A stretch of 64,000 nt of DNA from Octopus sinensis (lineage: Eukaryota): contig NC_042999.1 in assembly GCF_006345805.1 (NCBI RefSeq), forward strand, positions 152,954,001 to 153,018,000, read 5' to 3'. Shown here one piece after another: positions 55,352-64,000 of the stretch. The first letter of the stretch is position 1. Each line of letters begins with the position of its first letter. The translations under genes were made by a program, and so were the position numbers. The notes beneath the pieces were generated by a model that worked only from the letters and a program-made list of their open reading frames with translations, was not told the origin of the DNA and made no database searches.

Positions 55352-55446
55352 CCTTTACTTTCGACATATGTTTCGAAGACTGCATATTCTTAATTCCGAA
55401 GGAATGAAGGTTGCATTATGCCGTCTTCTCATCAGGAAATACAAGG
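55352..55446 (-). ncRNA. Type I hammerhead ribozyme candidate with intact core
   Basis: CCTTGTATTTC-CTGATGA-GAAGAC.GCATA...TATGC.GTCTTC-GAAA-C-ATAT-GTC/GAAAGTAAAGG; all conserved core nucleotides, stems I-III and a GUC cleavage triplet. Confidence 0.75.
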
Positions 55447-55930
55447 AACCTCTATCAGCCTCAAGACGAACAAAAGCTTCTCACCGTCTGCCTACATGGT
55501 TTCCACAGTGATAATGAGTATTTATTTAAAATAATCCGTTATAAGCAATGACGTCAAAATTGGTTGGAAGGAGGAAGTTTTAAAAAAAATAGGAAGGGGA
55601 CAGTTTTTATGCTGTATGTATGGGGATTGACGGGTGTATGTTTTGTTAATGAGTTTGAGTGTTTGTGTGTGTGTATGAGTGTGTGTATATAACTGCACCT
55701 GTGTCTATGTGTGTGTGTTTGCAAATGTATATATGGGAGGGATAATTGTCAAATATATATAGTATTAATGTGAGAAATTTGTGTCTGTGTGTTTGATTGT
55801 GCGCATGATAGAGAGAGAGAGAGGGGGGAGAGGTAGAGAGAAAGAGATAAACATACGCCAACTATATTTAATGTTTGATGCAACAGAATAGAGAGGAAGA
55901 ATTTGTCTACGGTAGTGGTGTAGACGTGAA

Positions 55931-55975
<45 letters not shown>

Positions 55976-56014
55976 TATATATGAAGAGAGAAAGAGATAG
56001 ATAGAAAGATAGAC

Positions 56015-56180
56015 AGGCGCAGGGTGCTGTCTGGTAAGTAGCTTGTTTACCACCAAACACATGGTTCAGGGCTCAGTTCCACTGCGTGGTACCTTGCGCA
56101 AACTTCTTCTACTATAGTCTCGGGCTGACCAAGCCATGTGAGCAGATTTCGTAGACGGAAACTGAAAGAAGCCCGTCGTA
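56015..56180 (+). mobile_element. SINE A 5' half followed by (TACA)n
   Basis: Head through GAAAGAAGCCCGTCGTA. Confidence 0.85.
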
Positions 56181-56200
56181 TACATACATACATACATACA

Positions 56201-56254
<54 letters not shown>

Positions 56255-56369
56255 CACTAGGAAAAGAATGCGTGGAGTTCGATCATATAATAGTATAAAA
56301 ACTATATAAACATATACATATATACATACATATATGTACATACTTACATCTATATGTATATATACATGC

Positions 56370-56530
56370 ATATATGGGTACAGGACATAAAAAAAAACGT
56401 TGAATACAATGGGAAACGAAAAGAAAAAAACAAAAGCATAGAAACGAACTTTTTTTCGAACAACAGCGGAGAAACGAGACATGCAACATAAAGAATATTC
56501 CCCTTCATCAGTTGCCCCTGTTTCTTCTAT
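56370..56530 (-). mobile_element. Possible PLE-type terminus with degenerate hammerhead-like core
   Basis: CTGATGA-AGGGGAA...TTCTCC...TTCGAAAAAAAGTT; spacing non-canonical; ends at a TA-rich tract. Confidence 0.3.
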
Positions 56531-57414
56531 ATATAAGCAAATTTGTTGAAAATGCAATAAATTTTGGAAAACTTGTAATTATTCAAAATACATTTATTTA
56601 CATATATATCAAACTAGTTTCAACATATTTTGTTTATCAATGGTAAAATTTTAAAATTATAAATTAGAAAAAATCATTTTAAAAAATTTCAATGTTGACA
56701 AATTAAAATGTTCATAACAGACAAATTTAGAATTATGAATTAAGAGGACAGGTACAGGAATTTCAATGTTGACAAGTTTAAATGTTCATAGCAGTCAATA
56801 ATATTAAAACTGTACATTAATTTGTTTGAATGGACAATGCTTATTAATGTTTGTAGTGATCGAGAAGAAATGAATGTCATCAAAGTTTCAGAGATAATGA
56901 CATAAGAGGCAATAAAACAAGGGAAAAATGAAAATAGTAAAAAAAGGGAATTTGGTTTATAGTTTCTCTGATCCTTCTTCCGTAGGAGCTTTTGCTTGTA
57001 GCGGTATGTTTTGGAATCAGGTGTATTTATCATTTTTTCCGCGATCGGATCTGATTTTTGATTCGTTAAAGTACTGGTGACATCTTGTTTTTTCGGTGAT
57101 CAGGGTTGTCGTTCTGCCTGGTTGGCTTCTCTGTGGGGAACGGTCATCAGCCGTTCCGGTTGGTTGATTCTCTTAAAGGATCATTTCGTTGTATTTGCTG
57201 AAGTTCGGTTTTGATTGGTCTTGAGTTAGGTGACGTCAGCTCTTGTTCTTCCAGTCGGGTTTCGAAACCACAAATGCAAATCACCATACAAACACCAGTT
57301 GCCGATGTTACCTACCTCTAGACCAATGAAATTTTACAAACACCAGTTTCTAACGTCACCTAACCTTTCAAGGCAGTGCCCCAGCACGGCGGGGTCAGTC
57401 CAGTTACTGAAATG

Positions 57415-58345
57415 CACATGCTGTAGCCAGAGAACTGCATGCGGTGGATGAAGTGTTGTGTGTGTCTTTCCAACTCCATAGGGTCACACATGTAGAGGCG
57501 CAATGGCCCAGTGGTTAGGGCAGCGGACTCGCGGTCATAGGATCGCGGTTTCGATTCCCAGACCGGGCGTTGTGAGTGTTTATTGAGCGAAAACACCTAA
57601 AGCTCCACGAGGCTCCGGCAGGGGATGGTGGTGATCCCTGCTGTACTCCTTCGCCACAACTTTCTCTCACTCTTACTCCCTGTTTCTGTTGTACCTGTAT
57701 TTCAAAGGGCCGGCCTTGTCACTCTCTGTGTCACGCTAAATATCCCCGAGAACTACGTTAAGAGTGCACGTGTCTGTGGAGTGCTCAGCCACTTACACGT
57801 TAATTTCACGAGCAGGCTGTTCCGTTGATTCGGATCAACCGGAACCCTCGTCGTCGTAACCGACGGAGTGCTTCCAGTCCAGGGTCACACATGCGAGACA
57901 CATTCCTCATCATTCTCACCAAGTCAGCTATAACAATGCTGAACTTGCCGCTCTCCACAATCGCGTTCTTGCGAACAAGGTACTTAGAGGTCATGGGTTT
58001 GGCATAATGAAAGTGAAGGATCTGGACCTTACTGTTCTTCGTTTCTAGCTAGAGTTCAGTGTCTAAAACGAGTAGTCTATAGTTAGGGTGCTTACTAGGG
58101 TAGTCTATCATTATTTCTATACTCTGGTGCTTGGAGTTAGATATTTGCTGGATGCTCTATATAGTGTTAGCTTCTAGATCATCGACATTGTCTTGTAACG
58201 GGTGATTTGGCTACTATGTTGATATCATCCACGTAGCGGTCGTGCATGGTTAGGTTTATGGAGCTCTCTGCTAATTTCTCTTTAAGTCTTTATCCCACCA
58301 TACCATAAATATTGACACCGATGGCTGCACCTTCCTCTTTGCAAA
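57415..58345 (-). mobile_element. Penelope-like element reverse transcriptase fragment, interrupted by a SINE B
   Basis: EGAAIGV, FMVWWDK, HDRYVDDINIV, DYPSKH, HYAKPMTSK, LVRMMRNVS and, beyond the SINE, QHFIHRMQFSGYS. Confidence 0.75.
57493..57880 (+). mobile_element. SINE B with alternative tail (type 2) and 13-bp TSD
   Basis: TSD AGGGTCACACATG at 57480-57492 and 57881-57893; tail ends CGTCGTCGTAACCGACGGAGTGCTTCCA. Confidence 0.92.
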
Positions 58346-59159
58346 ACGAATTGATACACACACACAGATATATATATATATATGTATATATTAATCAAAG
58401 GACATACAGAGTATGTCTACCTGCAGGAAATAACTGTCAAATCGCTTACTTAAACAACCGAAAAGATAGCACTGATAATCCTTCAGCTATTTAATGATTT
58501 TTGGAGCCTGCAAAGTGTCAGAGGCAGGGCTAACATTCACTTTTTACATTGGTTTGTGAATATACAATTTTATTGAATAATGCATAGCATGCATACTAAT
58601 GCAAATATATAAATATAATTTATTCCACACTGAAATTATTACAACTTGAATAAAGCTACGAAACGGCTGTAACCCTAAGGATGTTAAATGATTAAATAAA
58701 TTCACCTCTCATACCTCTTGGACTTTTATGGTTTATATACGTTTCGTGAAATAATTTAATCGATCAGCTCTTCTGATCGATTTTCTGTATGGGATGACTA
58801 TGTGGATTGCTATCCGAGTCCTACAAGAGGAGCTTTAAGTGTTAGCCTCACAATTCGCTAAATTCATATCTTACACAACAAATTTATAAATATATAGTAT
58901 GTATGTGTGTGTGTGTGTGTGTGTGTGTTGTGTGTGTGTGTGCGTGTATGTGTGTGTGAAGCCATATTTTTATCTGTGTATCTAAGAACAACGTATACTC
59001 CTAAGATCATAGCTGCTATTGATGAGTTTTATGATTAGTTCGTTTAGTTATGTATACACCTGTCTATCCATCAGTCTGTTCCTGCACTTGCGTCCATGGC
59101 AATTATTTACCTGTTTATATATCCATAAACTAGCGATTATAGATACATACATACAGCAA

Positions 59160-59314
<155 letters not shown>

Positions 59315-59674
59315 GCGCACACACACACTCACACATACAAATATATATGCATATACATGCAGACTACACACACATACAAAGACATATATAATTACCTTCT
59401 TATCTACGTTTCCCGCTCTCTGACTAAAATCGATCTATTTATCTGCAAATCTACGACTGCTTGTCTATAAGTTAGTCCGTATAACTTCTTCGCACACACA
59501 CACACACATGTGGGTATCTACCCATAAATCTATTTCACTGCTTATCTCTCTGTATATTTGCTTGGCTACACATTTGCACATTTTCGTACACATACATACA
59601 CACACACCCTGCCACACACGCGCACACATACATATACCATACATATATACAGATATATCCATATATATCTGCAT

Positions 59675-60066
59675 AGGCGCAGGAGTGGCTGTGTGGTAAG
59701 TAGCTTGTTTGCCAACCACATGGTTGGGCAAATGTCTTCTATTATAGTCTCGGGCCGACCAAAGCCTTGTGAGTGGATTTGTAGACGGAAACTGAAAGAA
59801 GCCCGTCGTATATATGTATGTATATATGTATGTGTGTGTGTTTATGTTTGTGTGTCTGTGTTTGTATCCAGAACATCGCTTGACAACCGATGCTGGTATA
59901 TTTACGTCCCCGTAACTTAGCGGTTCGGCAAAAGAGAACGACAGAATAAGTACGAGGCTTACAAAGAATAAGTACTGGGGTCGATTTACTCGGCTAAAGG
60001 CGGTGCCCCAGCATGGCTACAGTCAAATGACTGAAACAAGAGTGAAAGAGTGAAAGAGTAAAGAGT
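59675..60066 (+). mobile_element. SINE A, B-box/CORE junction deleted
   Basis: CCACATGG joins directly to TTGGGCAAATGTC; the rest is complete. Confidence 0.9.
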
Positions 60067-60095
60067 ATACACACCACACACACACACACAAACAC

Positions 60096-60171
<76 letters not shown>

Positions 60172-61239
60172 GTCTGTCTAACTATATATATATATATATA
60201 CTTTTGTGTGTGTGTGTGTGTACAAAAGTATATAGATGGTATAGATAAACAAATTCACACACATGTGTGCATGAAAGCACACAATCCCATGCTCTCATAC
60301 ACACAGATACAGGCATCCATTGTTATATTTATTTCTCTATGTATATCATCATGCCTCTGTGTTCGCCATTTTATCTTCATTTATATCTATTAACGGAACC
60401 GTTTGTCTATATTCCTGGCTATATTTGTTTAAGTGGGTAGAAATAGGAATTTAGGCTTTGTTTGATGAATTTACATTATAATTAACACGGTAAAATATGA
60501 ATTAATTAATACGAATTTAAGAATTAAGAATTTAAGCAATTAATTAAGAATTTAATTTAATATCTTAATTAACTTCTTAATTATGACGTACGTTGAGATA
60601 CGTATGCAAATGCGTCTGTAAGTGTACATGTGTGTATCAGTGTGCGCATGGGTCGTTATCTGGATGTAGTTGTGTATGTATTAAAAAGGTGACTTACAGA
60701 TAGAAAAACACAATAGAGACGTCCATGGATACTTAAAGTGCTTACACATTCTCGCTGCGGTCTTATCGTTTCCCAGGACGAGATGAGACATTTTGGCACA
60801 GCCGTTTTGGCGCTACTTATCTGGCGCCGATGTTTTGACGCTGACTTATTTGACATTAGACATCTTGATCCTTCTTGCATTCTAATGTTTATCTCGTTCT
60901 CTCACCTCTCTCCCTCCTTTCTCTTTCTCTCTCTCTCTCTCTTTCTCTATATCTGTCTCTCTCTCTCTCTCTCTCTCTCTCACATACACACACTCTCTCT
61001 CTCTCTCACACATACACACACACACTCTCTCTCCCTCTCTTAAAGGATGTGAAACTATGTTTTTCTCTTCATGTATATGATGAGACAGAAAGAGTTTGTG
61101 TCAGTCGTGTTTAATTAATACATTACAATTTATGTATCTCTCTTCTTGTCTCTCTCCCTGTCTCTCTCAGCATACCGAGAAAGAAAGGGTCTATGTCAAT
61201 CGTGCTTAATTAATAAATTGTAATGCATCTCCGTCTCTT

Positions 61240-61271
<32 letters not shown>

Positions 61272-61410
61272 ACTCTCTTTCGCTTTTCTTCTCATTCTCT
61301 GTTTCGCTCTCTCTCGCGCTTTCTTTCACTCTCTCGCTCTTTCTCTCACGCACTCTCTCTCTCTCACTCCCGCTCTCGCTCTTTCTCTCTCTCGCTTACT
61401 CTCTCTCTCT

Positions 61411-61550
61411 GTAACTTAGTTCGGCAAAAGATACCGATACAATAAGTACTAGGTTTACAAAGAATAAGTCCTGGGGTCGATGTGCTCGACTAAAGGTGGT
61501 GCTCCAGCATGGCCACAGTCAAATGATTGAAACAAGTAAAAGAGTAAGAA
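61411..61550 (+). mobile_element. SINE A 3' half following (CT)n
   Basis: GTAACTTAG...GGGGTCGATGTGCTCGACTAAAGGTGGTGCTCCAGCATGG...GAAACAAGT. Confidence 0.85.
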
Positions 61551-61884
61551 TATATATATAAGTAAAATCTCACTGCGGACAAGGCTACGTGGCATTCGAT
61601 TATAAATAAATAAATATAAAATACATCAAGTACAGGGCATCACCAACGACTAAAAAATACGTAAAGTACTGGACAAAATGCCACAAGAAGTCTAACCCTC
61701 TCCTCAGTTATCGACTGTTAATTACTCCCTATTTCGAGTTTTCAACGACATTATAGGAACACTTTATTAAACAGCAGCAGCTAGAAACTTTTAAAATATA
61801 AGATCGCTGACGAGATTGCCAGCAAACTTTGTGTTCTTGAAATGCAGTTCTCTGATACAAAGTATTAGTTAACCCTGTTCTCCA

Positions 61885-62281
61885 TACTCTTTACTCTTTT
61901 ACTTGTTTCAGTCATTTGACTGCGGCCATGCTGGAGCACCGCCTTTAGTCAAGCAAATTGACCCCGGGACTTATTCGTTGTAAGCCCAGTACTTATTCTA
62001 TCAGTCTCTTTTGCCGAACCGCTAAGTGACGGGGACGTAAACACACCAGCATCGGTTGTCAAGCAATGCTAGGGGGACAAACACAGACACACAAACACAC
62101 ACACATACATATATATATATACATATATACGACAGGCTTCTTTCAGTTTCCGTCTACCAAATCCACTCACAAGGCATTGGTCGGCCTGGGGCTATAGCAG
62201 AAGACACTTGCCCAAGATGCCACGCAGTGGGACTGAACCCGGAACCATGTGGTTGTTTAGCACACAGCCACTCCTGCGCCT
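61885..62281 (-). mobile_element. SINE A, near full length
   Basis: Head-to-tail match. Confidence 0.92.
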
Positions 62282-62504
62282 ATGTGTATGTTTTATTTTT
62301 ATTTGCTTTATTCATTGAACTGCAGTCATACTAGAGCACCACCTGAAAACGTAGTTAGTTGATTAGTCCACATTACTCTGTAAGATGTATAAGGGCGATT
62401 TCCCGATTTTCCGGTTTTTCTGGCATTTATATTCCTTCCTGGACGGGACGCTGGTCTGTCACACAAAGCGTTTAACCGAACAAATCGGCGTGTGATTTAG
62501 CATA

Positions 62505-62720
62505 ACTGAATTGTCATCGTCACGAACCGTAGGTCTGCAGCACTTTAACGACACTACAACAAAGCCTTTCCGATTAAGCTTTAGTTCTCCAGCTGCTTTG
62601 CCACTCTTGCCCAACGAGTTCTTGATATTCTCCATCCGTTGCGTTCTTCGCCTGCCTCTTTATCTACGGCCCACTACTCTTCCTTCTGAATACACACAGG
62701 CAAACACTTTCTAACTCATA
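62505..62720 (-). mobile_element. RTE-clade LINE 3' end
   Basis: EGRVVGRR*RGRRRTQRMENIK resembles the RTE C-terminal EGK..G.R.RGR...W.DNIK; short GACGATGAC tail. Confidence 0.55.
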
Positions 62721-63139
62721 AGTAACACTGTGGATTGCAAACCACTTTAGGTATTTCCAGGACGGAATCCGTACATCAGGTTTGCGGATTTGCGGTGTGT
62801 ATTAAATTTAACACCAAATAATGATTTTGCTTATCGTTTCTTATGAATTTGAAACTATTGTCGATGCTAATAATGCTGCAACTAACATGCCATAAATAAT
62901 AACATCATGGCGTGTTAATAATATATATTGAAGTGTCTGTGCATGTGCACGTGTGTGAATGAGGGTAACTGCGGGTGAAGGAGAAAAATACGTGTGCGAG
63001 TAGGAGCGTTTTGGTGTGTGTAGTTGAAAGTGATAGATGTAAATTTATGTAATATCTGTTTATTTAAATATACGCATACGCATACGCGCGCACACAAGCG
63101 CACACACATCTATTGACATACATGCATGCGTATAAATAT

Positions 63140-63436
63140 ATATGAATATCTATATATACACACACGAACATATATATATATATAAATACGTACATATATA
63201 TATATATATATATGTGTGTGTATTCATAAATATATATTATGTATACAGATGTTTATACATGCCTGTGTATGTATATATATATATATACATACATATGAAT
63301 ATGTATATTTATCTCTCCCTATCTCTCCCTGTCTGTATATATATATATATACATATATATTGTATAAATATATATAATATATATATATATATGCATGTAT
63401 GTATGTATGCGTATGTGTGTATGCGTGCATATATAT

Positions 63437-63467
<31 letters not shown>

Positions 63468-63582
63468 TATATCTATGTATATAATATATATATATGTATA
63501 TATATATATATCTATATATATATATTATATATATATATATATATGTAATATATATTATATATATTATATTATATATATATAT

Positions 63583-63627
<45 letters not shown>

Positions 63628-63648
63628 ATATATTATATATATAATATG

Positions 63649-63687
<39 letters not shown>

Positions 63688-63745
63688 GTCTATATATATA
63701 TATATATAGTATAGATATTATTATATAATAATATATATATATATG

Positions 63746-63793
<48 letters not shown>

Positions 63794-63799
63794 TATATA

Positions 63800-63835
<36 letters not shown>
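63140..63835. repeat. Long interrupted (TA)n/(TATG) tract
   Basis: Direct inspection. Confidence 0.9.
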
Positions 63836-63839
<4 letters not shown>

Positions 63840-64000
63840 CAATTACTAATTCATGAAATCCCAGCATTGGCATATTGCAAATGGCAGCTGTAATGGCAGA
63901 TAAAATTACATGAAATAAAGCCTCTCAATTTTAATTCTTTTTTTATTATTATTAATTCGGATCTTGCTACTCACTGGGATTCCTGATTCTGTTTCTGTAA

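Noticed and set aside
58735-58860. CACGAAACGTA plus ATCGATCAG/CTGATCGAT hairpin as a hammerhead
   Set aside because: No upstream CTGANGA core and no matching stem II strand.

Overview
This is repeat-saturated eukaryotic DNA, most likely from an octopod cephalopod. That is an inference from the tRNA-derived SINE families and the very high (TA)n/(TAGA)n/(TACA)n/(TAA)n load; no database was searched. No host protein-coding exon could be supported: the listed ORFs are either microsatellite translations or decayed transposon remnants. Retroelements include four tRNA-derived SINE families (about 30 copies or fragments) and fragments of R4/Dong, CR1, RTE and Penelope-like (PLE) elements. DNA elements include mariner and pogo derivatives and non-autonomous Helitrons/Helentrons. 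Best candidates for follow-up: (1) a type I hammerhead ribozyme with an intact catalytic core at 55352-55446 (minus strand), plus several minimal hammerhead-like motifs in PLE-type termini that end at (TA)n tracts; (2) a SINE-CR1 pairing visible in the sequence, with a covarying 3' hairpin; (3) a composite SINE carrying a hypervariable internal microsatellite; (4) an amplified fold-back mariner built from two left ends; (5) a cluster of elements nested in (TAA)n tracts, including an unclassified 500-bp element. Family names rest on recalled motifs, and many boundaries are approximate.
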